A stretch of DNA of 64,000 nt, from assembly GCA_012295275.1 (NCBI GenBank), contig CM022667.1, positions 11,284,001-11,348,000 of the forward strand, read 5' to 3'. Positions 31,291 through 50,351 of the stretch are shown in pieces. Numbering within the stretch: the first letter of the stretch is position 1; every line of letters begins with the position of its first letter. The position numbers and the translations under genes were made by a program. The stretch is from Chrysomallon squamiferum (Eukaryota > Animalia > Mollusca). The notes below the pieces were generated by a model. That model was not told where the DNA came from and made no database searches. It saw only the letters and a program-made list of their open reading frames with translations.

Positions 31291-32894
31291 CTTGTGTGGA
31301 TGTAAAATTTGAATCATTCTGACAGCATCTTGTTTTGATACATTTATCGTAAATAAACCATCCCTCTATCTGCTCATATGATAATAAATCTATTCTAATC
31401 GTTGGATGATTAAATAAAGCTGAAAATTAGTTTCAAAGTTCAAGTAGATATAATGGTACCAAATGATAATCATTTCAGCATTTTTGTAGAAATGAATATT
31501 TCAGTTTTTTCATACATTAATAAAATAATATTTTAATTCCATTTGGCAAGCAATAATAATAATAATAATAACAATAATAACAACAACAACAACAATAATA
31601 ATAATAATAATAATAATAACAATAATGATAACAACAACAACAATAATAATAACAATAATAATAACAATGATAAATGTCTATCTGCATTACCTGTACTTAG
31701 TTTTATCTTTTAATTTGTTTTTTCTTTCGCTCTTAGTTGTCGTGATGTAATTCGCATTGAAAGAGGGAAATAATAAAAGACAGAAATTTAAGAAAAAAAA
31801 AAAAGAAAATAAATGAAAAATTGGTAACAGTTATAAAAATGAATAGTGAAAACAGCGTCAATAATGGAAAGTAACTGCCGAACTGAATGAGCTTATACTT
31901 AAGTAAATATGTTTGCGATCAAATTTTCCTGAGTCAAATGTGTTACAGTCAGAACAAATGAAAGAGGCCCGGTAATAAATACATGAAATATAACCATGCG
32001 TTACTAAGTCTTGTATTCTGCATCTTTAAACACTGATTCTAATTAAAAACTACATTTTATTCCAGTTGAGAAATTTTCGTCACAAACAATACGAAGAGCC
32101 AATTAATAATTAATATATTCATACTATTTGCCTTATAACTTCAAACATTTCATCTTTTTACCTCTATACTTGAAAGAAAACGAAAAAACAATAGTAAATT
32201 AATGAAACGAAATGATAATAATATAAAAATCATACACCGAAATGACATTATGTTGTTTAAAGAGAAATTTGCTTTACCAAATATATTTGTTTTCAGTTGA
32301 GAGAGCCTAAGCGCAAACAATATCAATAGCAAATCAATAATAGATGTCTTCGCATTATCTTCCGTGCATGCTCTAGTGTTTGATTACTTATTAAATTTTT
32401 CACTTTGTGTAAACAAACAATAACTGTAATCAATAACAATATTAATAACAGATAGTGCATACCCAACTATGAATTAATATATCAAAAAGTATAATGAAGT
32501 GAAAAATAATTAGAAAAATTAAAACAATAAAGAAAAGACTTAGCAGATACGACATTTCAAAATTATGTTCAGAAAGGGAAAAAAAAAAATAATGTATCTA
32601 CTGTGTTTTTAAAATAATAACAAAATAGATAATTTTACTATTATACGTTATGGTGTTCATGTTTGTAAAAAAAAACATAGTTGCCTTAAAATGTTGATGA
32701 GAATTGGACCATATTCTCCAATGTTAACTCCTGTGCCGTCTCAGGGGTTTAAAACGTCATTTGACGCATCCGAAGACAAACTGTCGTTCGGAAAAGGAAT
32801 CACAATTAGACAACATAGATATTATTGCCAACAGATACATTTCAAAAGATCAGTTGAAAAAAGAAAAAAAAAAGAAGAAGAAAAAGAGGATAAT

Positions 32895-33013
32895 TCCTTT
32901 TATGATATAACAACGATGGACGATGCAGCAAGAACATTACAGGAGGTTGCCTTAAAATACTTTGGCACAGATTTCAACGTCACCAGGATGGCTCCATTTC
33001 TACTCCTGATGAA
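32895..33013 (+). pseudogene. Very degenerate 3' end of a D/H-type PAN exon
   Basis: tataacaacgatgg... and tcaacgtcaccaggatggc..catttctac...gatgaag|gtttta match the YNNDG...STSPGWRHFY end and donor of exon 2 in D/H. Confidence 0.5.
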
Positions 33014-33199
33014 GGTTTTAAATTTAAAACTCAATTTAATGGATCGTTATGGTCTAATAAATAAATTTAAAAATAAGAAAACGATACGAGTCTGAAAAAG
33101 TTAACCATTTTTCTTGCATTATGTATTTTTATAAAAATAAGGTCAATATTTTGATAATTAAATACATTTTATAAACGCCACGTTTTTTTTTTTCTTTCT

Positions 33200-33471
33200 T
33201 TCAGGTGAAAGTTTTTTTGTTTTACGCTGGAAAAAATCATCAGAAAACTATACAAATAATTATTAGATGTTAAAAGGGATCTTAAATCATTCTTATTCTG
33301 TCTTATTATCAGTTCTGTCGTAGGCTGCGGTGTAAGAATGGAAATGATAGCAAGTAGTGTCAGTCGTTTTAATAACAACGATGGGACGTGTCGTAATAAA
33401 ATTCTAGGACGATGGCGTTGTTGTACACATTTCAACGTCACTAGGATGGAGATATTTCTACGTTGATTCAG
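33200..33471 (+). pseudogene. Orphan degenerate PAN exon 2 (D/H type), inverted relative to D and H
   Basis: atcagttctgtcgtaggctgcggtgtaaga...tgtcagtcgtttt...aacaacgatgggacgtgtcgt...ctaggacgatggcg...tcaacgtcac.aggatggagatatttctacgttgattcag|gt, with indels. Confidence 0.75.
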
Positions 33472-33968
33472 GTTTTTTATTTTATGTTTCAGTAATATTG
33501 TTCATGGTAGTTGTGGTAGTAGGAGAGGAAGTAGTTTTAATCGTGCTAGGGATAGTATTCATAGCAGGAATGATGGTGACGGATGAGAAATATTAAACAA
33601 ACAAAAAACAAACAAACAAACAAATAAGCACATATATTTGCTGTATGTTTTATTTTGCAGATGAACAGTTGAAAAATGTGTTGAGATGGAAAGAAGAAAA
33701 GCGTAAAAACAAGTAAGGAAATAAGATGACAGTTTTGAAGAAGAAGAAATATTTTACTTCTGCACCACTGGACCAACCATAAGAACAAAAACAATGTAGA
33801 ATAGTGTGTACTGTTGTTTTCTTCTTCATGAAAATGACGGGATTTTGATTTTGCATCTCGTCAAACTTTCACTTGATGAAAACGTATTTTAGTCAATAAA
33901 AAGTCTAAATTATGTTTGGTCACTCTGAAAACAGTTCTTTATTATTCTCATTTTAATTAATTTATAAC

Positions 33969-34026
<58 letters not shown>

Positions 34027-34114
34027 GTTGTTGTTGTTGTTATTATTGTTGTTATTGTTATTATTGTTGTTGTCGTTATCTTGTTTTGGTATTGTTCTTA
34101 TATTTATTGCTAGC

Positions 34115-34146
<32 letters not shown>

Positions 34147-35091
34147 GCATCAGTACTGCAACTACTACTATTATTATTATTATTATAATTGTTGTTATTA
34201 ACATCAATATCATTGTCGATTGGAAATGTTAAAGTGTTGTCATCAGAGAAGTATTATTAATTAATCATTACATGAACTGAATGCCAAGTATGTTGTTGAA
34301 AAGTTTCTATGAACAACAAACGCGTTTAGTCCATGTTGACTACCTGTCGAATTGATTCTGGATCATACTGATTATCAGAAATAGGAAATAGGATTCCGTG
34401 CAAATGTACTAAATGAAACGTGTTAAATCAGAACAAAAGCAGATCAGATTCTAGTAAATACATTAAAGAAAAATTTCAAAGATCAAATATTCTTCTTTCA
34501 ATACAGATTCTAATTACGAAATACATTTGATTCCAGCTGAAAAAGCGTAATTGAAAACAATATCAATAGCCTTTTAATAATCGATATATTCGCATTTCTG
34601 CCGTTGTATGTTTCAATGTTAATAATATATATATATATATATAAAAAAAAACAATCAAACATAAATAAATAAACAAATAAGCATATTCTATCTGGTGTAT
34701 CCTTTATTTTGCAGGTCACCAAATGAACAATGAGGCGGATGAAAAGAAGAAAAAAAATAAAAACTAGTAGGAAAAATGATGACAGTGTTGAAGAAGAATG
34801 AATCTTTTACTTCCGCACCACTGGACCAACCATAATGTCGAATAGTGTGTATAATTGTTTTCTTCTTCGCGAAAATGACGGGATTATGATTTTGCATTTC
34901 GTCAACTTTTCACTTGAGGAAAATGTATTTTAGTCAATACAAATTTTAAATTATATTCGGTTACCCTGAAGACAGTGTATTATTACTGTCGTTTTACGGT
35001 GTTTATTTTTAGTATTATTGTTAATTAACTAATTAATTCATTATTAGTATTATTTTTATTATTATTATTATTATTATTATTGTTTATTATT

Positions 35092-35133
<42 letters not shown>

Positions 35134-35995
35134 ACTGTCGTTGTTGTTTTGGTAGCGTTCTTATTTATATTGCTACAGCCATCATCATAATAATCATTAT
35201 TAGTACTGCAACTATCACTATTATTATTATTATTACGATTATTGTCGTGATATATTTTAAATTTTAAAATGTCATTAGAGAAGTGTTATTAATTAATCAT
35301 TACATGAACACAATGCCAAATCTTTTCTTGAAAAGTTTCTATGATTAACACACACATTGAATCCACGTTGGTTACCTGCGGAATTGATTCTTGGTCATCT
35401 TGATTGTCAGAAATACGTTTCCGTACAAATCTGCTAAATCAACCATGTTAAATCAGAACAAAAGCAGAACAGATTCTACTAAATACATTGAAGAGAAATC
35501 TCAAAGTTCAAACATTCTTCTTTCAACAGTGATTTTAATTACGAATAATATATTTTATTTCAGTTGTGAGAGAGAGCTTAATCGCAAACAAAAGCCGTTT
35601 AATAATTGATGTCTTCGCATTATCTGTCATTGCATGTTTCGGTGTTAGTTTTAGTCATTATTTTTTTTTTTTTCAATAAAAGTAATAAAACAAAACCATA
35701 AAAATATAAACGTATTACATACAACAGTCAGTGGAATTAAGAAAAAGCTAATAAAAAATAATAATAATTAGAAAAAGATAGAAACATCAAAAAAAAAAAA
35801 AAAAAGAAAAAGGAGAAAATAATTAACAAGAAAGTAAATGATTTAGTTTACTTATGAACAGACAATTCACCACGATTTTTTAAAATATCCTACGTAATGT
35901 CCTCATTTGAACTGTCAGTTATCGGCATTTCAAATGTATGAAACGTGTTCAGTTTCTGAAAATCCTCGAGCGGTTCAGGTCTCATGTGATTAGAT

Positions 35996-36273
35996 ATGCA
36001 GAAATACACAGTTGTTGTCTGTTTGTGGATCTCATCGGCTCTTTTGTGTCTCTCAAATAGCCAGGCTTTTCAGGAAACTCAAACCGTGTACGGGTTTGTT
36101 TAAAAAAACATTAACATCCGTCTGTCTGTCTTTTTATTCATATTTGTGTTTTATATTGTTATATTTTAATATACTACCAATCAGAGTGAAATGAAAGTTG
36201 TCTCAGATTCTTGATTCCATATTCAGAGGTAATAGAAAGTTTGTATTCATTACAAAATTATTGTTATTATTAA

Positions 36274-36339
<66 letters not shown>

Positions 36340-36615
36340 GCAACAGTTCAAAAAGACAGAACTGCTGCTTTAGAAAAGTTTCGCTTTAGAAAAGGACTCA
36401 TTCGGCAAACGACGTAGATATTAGAAGTTACATGTTCTCTTCTCTGTCTAAGATCAGTTCTGTCATAGAGTGTGGAAGAAGATGTAGAAATGACTGTAAC
36501 TGTCAGTCGTTTTCTTACAACAACGATGGGACGTGTCGTCTACATTCTAGGGGGATGGCGATGTTGTCAGATGATTCAACGTCACCAGGATGGCGATATT
36601 TCTATGCTGATGCAG
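35996..36615 (+). pseudogene. H': inverted, truncated duplicate of gene H (signal and PAN exons only)
   Basis: Exon 35996-36087 (MQKYTVVVCLWISSALLCLSNSQAFQETQT) and exon ~36374-36615 (CGRRCRNDCNCQSFSYNNDGTCRLHS). The conserved Trp codon is TAG at 36387-36389 and no exon 3 or 4 follows. Confidence 0.8.
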
Positions 36616-36973
36616 GTTTTATACTTCATGTTATTAATAAAATATGCTAAATATTTATTTACGTTTTTTGAATGTTTTAGCAAATCATACTTACTTCACT
36701 GCATGGTAACATTTACGACTAGTAATTTCTTCCTTTCTTTTTTTTCTTTGTTATTAACAGAAATCAACAACATCGTCATCATCATCATCATGAATATTAC
36801 ATCGTCTTGGTTCTTGCTGTTCATAGTTTTCTTTTCATTCTTCTTTATCTTCTTCGTCCGTTTTTAGCTTGCATCATTTTGATGTCACTCTTTGTTTTCT
36901 TACTGTAACACAGTCAAAACAATTCCTAGGGGAGCGTGTTTGATGTGTTATTGATTTTCATTAGTTTATCATC

Positions 36974-37032
<59 letters not shown>

Positions 37033-37089
37033 GATAGCCATAGAAAATGCAGCACTCACTTGTTTAGTTAAGTTTCTTGTTTTTGTGTA

Positions 37090-37930
37090 GATGGTGTGTA
37101 AAACATAATTTGGAATGAACAGGGGTGGAGTGGTATGTTGTGCTACAGGATGGGTTTATGACTGAAAGGAGTTGCCATCTACTGATTATTAGCATACATT
37201 TCTTACTGATGTGATATTCCTAAAGAATAAAGGTGCTCTGATGAAGAGTGTGAATTTTGCTGCCTGTTACCGAGTGTCCTCATCCGCATTTCCACCCGAT
37301 ACAAAGTCCTGTTCTAATAAAAGACTACCATAAAAAGAAAAGAAAAATAGTTCCAGGATCGTGAGCTGTTTATATTCCCCATATAATATGAAGACGATCT
37401 TTGACTTTGAGGCTCACTATTCATTTTAGTGGAGATGTTGGGATCTTGGACTCCAGGTCGACTTAGCTGGAAACTGCCACAACTTTCAACCTTCTCCCCA
37501 ACAGCTGGATGGAAGGTGACGTCAAACCATACATCGTGTACGTGTCGAACGAAGCATGTTATTGTTCGGGAACAGAATTCTTAAAAGTCTGCAACATGCA
37601 CGTGCAAACCGTGCAACAGGAATCTTCCAGGAATCTGAGTGTCACGGTTATAAAGCAGGGGAAACTGGGTTGCAGGTTTGACATGTTGTAATCAGTCTTT
37701 GACTTAATGGAATGACGTCCATGATGACGGCGAATTTCTGACTCTGAGATGGAGCGAACCATAGGATGACGTAGAGCCGGCTTGACGGCGACGGAAAATG
37801 GCCTCTGGATTCAGTTGTCACATCTCTACGTCTGTAAGACTGCAGCATCGCCTACGTCAAACTGGTCGCTCGTGGGGCACGTTACATCAACATCAGCAAA
37901 TCTGAGTTTGTTCTGCATTTACTATGGTTG
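37090..37930. repeat. Old interspersed repeat, possibly a LINE endonuclease-region relic; related inverted copy at ~52030-52550
   Basis: GC-richer than its flanks and alignable by eye to the reverse complement of 52030-52550. Fragments such as RMNRGGGGTLL recall CR1/L2 APE motifs, but support is weak. Confidence 0.35.
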
Positions 37931-37948
37931 TCAGAGTATTATTATTGC

Positions 37949-37991
<43 letters not shown>

Positions 37992-38280
37992 AATAAATAA
38001 ATAAATAAAATAATAAATAAATAAATAAATAAGACGACGGTCACGAAAACACGACTAGATAACTTGATGTTTTTTTACTTGCTGTTTTATTAGCAGAAGT
38101 TAGCAACCAGATACAAACATAACGAGACTGAAGGACGAACGATAATTATATTTTAGCAATTATTATGTTGTCCTTCAGATATATTTTCATTTCCTAATCA
38201 GAATATAAATGTAGAACGGTGTTTGTTTTGTTATTGTTGTTGTTGTTGTTGTTTTTGTTGTTATTATTATTATTATTATA

Positions 38281-38337
<57 letters not shown>

Positions 38338-39289
38338 TTATTAAACGTTTTCTGTGTTCGATGTATTTTATTTTATTGATGGCTACGTTTTTATTTGATT
38401 TTTTTTTGGTTTTTTGTATGAAACTTCAGTTAAAATATACTGTTTCAGATTTTAAAAGGGACATCAAATAGCAATGTTTTATCAAAATTATCATGAAGTA
38501 TAAAATCTCTTTTTAAGGAAACTGATGTTAGCAATTCAAGGGAAGTCATTTGTGTTCACTGTATTGCGTGTTTTAGTCACTTGACTTACATTTTAAAATT
38601 AGATTTTCACCACCTACGTTTCAGTTAACTGTGCTGATTAATTGACACGTTCTCAGAAAGTTTTTCATCAGATTATAAAAAAAGCAAAAATCATTAAAAA
38701 TCAGTTTGAAGGAACGGAAGATAAAAAGCTATTTGGTGACAACCTAATACATTCGCATGTGTTCAATAAAATAAAAATAAATAAATAAATACAATAATAA
38801 TGTGAAAAGGGGACGACTTGACCAGAGTTCCGGAGAGGTTTTCACTTATTAACTAATAATTATGATGATGACGGCATAATTAAATATTTGTTCTTTTCTA
38901 AAAAGAAATAATAATAATAATAATAACAACAACAACAACAACAATAAAAACATTAATAAGGACATTAACGACATCAAGAATTCTTCTACAGACAATATTC
39001 CTATCACTACTACTACTACTACTACTACCACCGCCACTATTGCTACAACTTACCACAATAAACGTACCGACGACAACGATCATAACAACAATAATAATAA
39101 TAATAATAAAGGTTTTAGAAAGTGTTTTTACATTTCTATTCTGATTAATAAATGAACGTGTAGAATATACAAAATGAATGCATGTCTCTCAAATAACAGA
39201 AAATAAATATAGTTATTGACTGACCTTGAATTTTACTATTGTGTTGTACTTGCTTGCTAATGTGACCAATAAAATAAATAATATGCAAT

Positions 39290-39359
39290 ATATGTTTGTA
39301 GTTCAAATTACAGAAACAGAGAGCAACCATACTGAAAAAATCATTGAGTATTTCTCCAT
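39290..39359 (-). pseudogene. D': orphan exon 1 of a gene D duplicate whose exons 2-4 are deleted
   Basis: ATG GAG AAA TAC TCA ATG ATT TTT TCA GTA TGG... is near-identical to D exon 1 but lacks the GT donor. It is joined directly to a copy (38810-39285) of the D 3' flank (22530-23085). The upstream flank 39360-40400 matches 25230-26200. Confidence 0.8.
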
Positions 39360-39974
39360 CTCTAATAAAATTACATCTGAACTGATCGACTAATTCCTAA
39401 ATAATAAAAGCTCTACAAACAGTGATGGAGTGACAAAACGATACATTTTCGATTGGTGTTGAAACACATTCAAGAAATATGATATATTATGTTTATTTAT
39501 TTATGCCCGTTAAGGTTTTTTTCATTGGAAATCAAGAAATATTACACTGTATTTAGTAACTTTCCTATTTTCGCTCCAGTTGTTTTTCTCATTATGTTCT
39601 CGTTTCGCTGATTCTATTATTAACTGATATTTTCATTAAAATTTCAAAGATTTTCTCATATAAACAGGACAAGATCGATCGGTGTTGCTCTACATGATAT
39701 CACAAGGGTTACGGTGGTCTAAATAGGAGACAAAAAATAACAAAATAACAAAGAAGAAAAAAGACAGAAAAAAATACAAGAAACAAAAACACATATTTAA
39801 AAAAAAAAAAAAAAAAAAACAAAACAGCAAGGTTTTTTTTGTTTAAAATCTTAAACCATTTAAGTTTATTCAGTTTCACTACAGCTAAAAAAAAAATAAC
39901 TGTACAAAGAAACGGACTGATTTTGTAACATGGCATTGATAATATTACACAAAGCTGATGTGTGTGATAAGTGC

Positions 39975-40102
39975 TGAGTTTGGGTATGTGTATGGAAACT
40001 CTTTCTACGTGCCCACGTCCAAATCAAGGTTCAGGCACGCCTGTCTGGGATCCGATCTTTGGGATAGCCAGAGATGGGTTCCGGGACTCGAGATGAGTTT
40101 GG
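39975..40102 (-). mobile_element. Short retroposon-like insertion with a 9-bp direct repeat
   Basis: About 110 bp of GC-richer sequence present in the D' flank but absent from the D flank (~25885), bounded by tgagtttgg at 39975-39983 and 40094-40102 and ending in an ATAC-like tail on the minus strand. Confidence 0.5.
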
Positions 40103-40452
40103 ATGCAGTGTTTGTTGGAACTAGTCAGTTTTTGTAGATTTATCGAAAGTGAAAAACAGAAAATGAAAATAAAAAACAGAGCAGAAGGCTAAGTAACAAA
40201 GAGAGACTTTATAATCGTTACATTCAAACTGCTCAAATTATGAATATCATTAGCACTACTAAATAAAATAATAATAATAAGTTAGTACAGTTATCATCTC
40301 GTTCTTGATCCTTGAAATCGTATCTTCAGTCAATTTAGCTATTCTATTAGATGTACTTTTTGCTTTTCTTGTATTTTCATGCCTTTCAGCAAATTATTTA
40401 TTTATATATATATAGATAGCCAGACAGACAAACCATGATATTTTAAAACATC

Positions 40453-43536
<3,084 letters not shown>

Positions 43537-45316
43537 GATTACACAGATTGTTACTCGTAAACTCCGCTGTTTGCTCACTTACAATGTAAACTGTTTTCTA
43601 CAAATTATGCCTGCAAACATAAGCACACGTAAAGTTGTAAAATATATTAATAGTAATAATATTAATTAAATTATAGCATCAAAGCAAAAGTGTCCGTTTC
43701 GTTCGGAATAAATTGACCATTAGCCCGTTCCACATATTAAATCACTCAGTAATTTATTGTTAGATTTACGGGATCAATATTCTCTTCTGATTGATCTCCG
43801 TAAAGTTATGAGTCGTGACAATATGTGGGTTCAAATTGTTTATTGTCAGGTTTTCAGTTTCTAGTCTGCTTCTTTCAATTTTCCTAGGAAGAGACAATAT
43901 TGTAATGTAAAATTAATGATAGCAGACAAAATGAGCTAAATGGCACTAAATTCTTAATGATTCAGAGGACGAAATGGTTGTGTGTTCAAATCTAGCATGT
44001 CAATCATTTCAGTTGTGTTAGAGCGTCTGTTATGAATTTCTTTATTTCAAAAATACATGGAAATTGTTTGACGTCTATGAGAAGTTAGGTGTAGATAAAT
44101 TAACAGTTATTTTATTTTATTTATTTATTTATTTATTTCCTGACTTACTTATTTACTTACTTATTTATTTACTTATCAACTTTTTTATTTTTATATTATT
44201 ATTATTGTTTTTTCACTTTATTTAATTTTTTTTTTGTTATCAGCTACCCTCCGATAAAGATTTTCTATTTAGCTCTATCAAATTAATTTTGTTTCTTTTT
44301 TCTTTACTCAGAAGAAAAATCTATTTTGAAAACGTGTGCAGAATTAACTGAAAGATAGAACACAAAACAAATTCAAACCCACAACACACAGATCTCAAGT
44401 TACCTTCCTTGAAGTGCTAATATCTTGGGAAAAAAAATAAAAAAATAATAATACAATAAAATAAAATAAAAAATATGAGTATTTTTTAACACTTGGAGTT
44501 GAAGACAAAATTATGAATACCATTTGCTGTTCACGTATCGCTTCATTCCAGTATTTAATATATGTTCGTTCCTCGTATTTTCGTCCATAACCCATTCTCA
44601 TCAACTTGCTTAGTGAGAACGTAGATCGCTGTCGAAGTTCATTTCTCAACAACGAGTCAACGTCATTTAACTCGTCCCGTGATTTCGCCATAATATCATC
44701 AGAATACTGTCAGTGACCGTTAGAAAGCACAGAAATTGCTCTTTTCAGAAATTATACTTGATCGGTTTCTCTTCTTCTTTCTTTTTTCATATTGCGAAAA
44801 GATAGAGAATTTTCATTTCGGAATCAAAATTGGGCTCGATTTAAAAAAAAAAAAATAATAATAATAGAAGAGTATCATTTTGAAAGGGAAGCAATGTACT
44901 TTCAGATGAGAGTAATTTCAAAAGCACATTTTTGGAATGGCAGAAAAAAGCTATTTATATTTCCTGATGTGTACGAAGACACGTAAGTGCGTGCAAGGAC
45001 TTTTAAATTTAGGACTATCAAAGTTTTTAACATAGTGCTGTCAATCTATGAAATATATAAGAACGTCAATCGTGCTGTTTACAAAGCATCAATATACATA
45101 GAATGATGTTGAATGAATGAGTTATCAAAATAACGACAATAATAACAAATACCTTTTTATCTATTTATTCTGATCAGTAAATGAAAATGTGTCTGATGGA
45201 CAACGTAATAATTGTTTAAATATAATTATCGTCTCTCCTTCACTCTTCTTGTCGTATTTGTATCTGGTTGCTACTTTGTTCTAATAAATCAGTAAGTCAA
45301 GAAAACAACGTCATAT

Positions 45317-45372
<56 letters not shown>

Positions 45373-45495
45373 ATAATAATAATAATAGTAATAATAAAAG
45401 TAATAATAATATTCATCATCAGTATCATCATAACATAGAAGAATAGAATGTTTCCTGCATTCTCTATCAAAGAAACACTAATATTTTAAAACATC

Positions 45496-47972
<2,477 letters not shown>

Positions 47973-48008
47973 GATTACAGAGACTGTTACTCGTAAACTC
48001 CGCTGTTT

Positions 48009-48043
48009 ACTGACTTACAACGTACCCAGACGTTACCTTTATA
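48009..48043 (-). promoter_or_regulatory. TATA box + initiator-like core promoter of gene G
   Basis: Minus strand TATAAA (48043-48038) and TCAGT (48013-48009), conserved with gene E. Confidence 0.55.
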
Positions 48044-49986
48044 AAACTGTTTTATACAAATTATCCCTGCGAATATAAGTAGGTGTAAAGTTGTAAACCA
48101 TATTAATAGTAATAATACTAATTAAATTATAGCATCAAAGCTAAATTACCCGTACAGTTTAAATGAATCAGTAATTTATTATTAGATTCATTGAATCTTC
48201 TGACTGATCTCTGTAAAGTTATGAATCGTGACAATAAATTAGGTTCGATTTAGTTATTATCATGTTCTCATTTTTTTGGTCTGCTTTTTTCAATTTTACC
48301 AGCAAGAGACAATAAAGTAATGTAAAATTAAAGACAGCAAACAGAATGAACTAAATGACACTAATGTCATATTTATTCAGACAACGAAATGGTTATGTGT
48401 TCAAATCATTTCACTTGTGACGGATCGTATTTTATGAAATTTTAATTCAAAATTACGTGGAAATTATTTGACATCTATGAGAAGTTAGAAGTATGTAAAT
48501 GAACCATTATTTTATTTTATTTTATTTTATTTATTTATTTATTTATTTATTTTGTTACTCACTTACTTTTTTACTTACCAAAATTTGTGTTTATGTTATT
48601 TTATTTTTATTTTTTTTTTTTTTTTTTTTAATGTTTAATTGGTACTCTCCAAAAAAGAGTTTCTGTTTAGTTCCTTCAAACTAATTTAATTTTCATATGT
48701 TTAATCAGAAGAAAAAAAAACTATTTTGAAAACGTGTGCAGAATAAACTGAAACAAACTTATGTTGAAGTCTCCGTCGAACTGATTCAAACCCGCAACAC
48801 AGCGATGTCAAATTACCTCCCTTGAAGTGTTAATATCTTGGAATAAAAAAAAACAACAACAACAACAACAAAAAAAAAAACAACAACAATAAAATAAAAT
48901 TTAAAAAAATAAAATAAAAAAAGATAAAACAATGTGAGTTTTTTTAATTTCTGGAGCTGAAGACAAAATTATTAATACCATCTGCTTTTAATGTATCGCT
49001 TCATTCCAGTATTTAATATATGTTCAATTCTCGTATTTTCCTCTATAACCCATTCTCATCAACTCGCTTAATGAGTACGTAGATCGTTGTCGATATGATC
49101 AGAATAATGTCAGTGTCCATTAGAAGGACACTGACATTATTCTGATAATAAAACGAATATAAAGTCTCACATTTTCATAAGGATAACGAAATTTAGAACA
49201 ATCCGTAAATGTCAAAGTCTTTAACGTATTGCTATCAATCTATGAAATATATCTCTGACTGACAGATTTCTACGTGTATTTATAAGTAATTCTTAAGTTT
49301 CAGAAACCAATTGAGGCGCTGAGACAGAAAGTTAAAAGAGAGCTTTCATTCCCGACGAACGTAAACTAAAATAACAAGTAACATGTTTTGGGTTTTTTTT
49401 TGTTTGTTTGTTATTTTTTCTCCGGATTCATAATAGTGATAGCATGATAAATAAATCAATAAATTGATATATATATGTTTATTTTCAATTACATTGTATA
49501 GACGCAAAAAATAAATAATAATAATAATAAAATTAAAATAATAATGTAAATCAAAATACATGGATTTTGTTTTATGTTAGAATGGCAGTTGTCTCCCTTT
49601 AGTAAATTGCCTCCCTTCAATAAGTTGCCTTACACTGAACAGAGCTCACATTTGTTCCAGACGCATCCTTTTCGATCGCAAAAGTCCGCTAATGTTGAAT
49701 GATTGAATTATCAAAATTATCTAACAAACGTAGTGACCTGGCAATGTTTGGCGATTGAAGGTCGCGGGTTCTTGTGATTGGACAAAAACTGCACTCCCGG
49801 CAAGCACTGTGCTATTCAGGAAATGGATGACGACATCTTTAGAAATATCGTATAAATCTTAAATTACGTAGTATCTTTTAACTGAAGTTTCACACCAAAG
49901 GAAACAAAAAATCAAAAGTTAACGTAGGCATGAGTAAACTAAAATACAATGAACACAGGAAACATTTAATAATAATAATAATAGTC

Positions 49987-50025
<39 letters not shown>

Positions 50026-50040
50026 GTAGTAGTAGTAGTT

Positions 50041-50077
<37 letters not shown>

Positions 50078-50351
50078 GTAGTAGTAGTAGTAATAATAAC
50101 AATGACAATAATAACAAAACAAACACTCTTTTACATTTTTATTCTGATCAGTAAATGAAAATATATCTGAGAGACAATACAGCAATTGTTTAAATATAAT
50201 TATCGTCTTTCCTTCATTCGTGTTGTTGTATTTCTATCTGGTTGCCAATTTTTTCTAATAAAACAAATAAAATAAAAGGAACGTCACCATCTCGTGATTT
50301 CTTTCTTTCTTTCTTTATTTCTTTATTTTCTTTTTTCGTTTTCTTTTCCAG

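Noticed and set aside
32691-33095. 134-aa plus-strand ORF
   Set aside because: Overlaps a degenerate PAN-exon relic in a different frame plus A-rich filler; not a credible gene.
44395-44691. 98-aa ORF MAKSRDELNDV... as a standalone gene
   Set aside because: The paralogous copy at ~48950-49130 lacks the start and has stops; no recognisable domain.
49725-49785. tRNA or tRNA-derived SINE (gaaggtcgcgggttc)
   Set aside because: Only a partial B-box-like motif; no cloverleaf, clear A-box or tail could be established.
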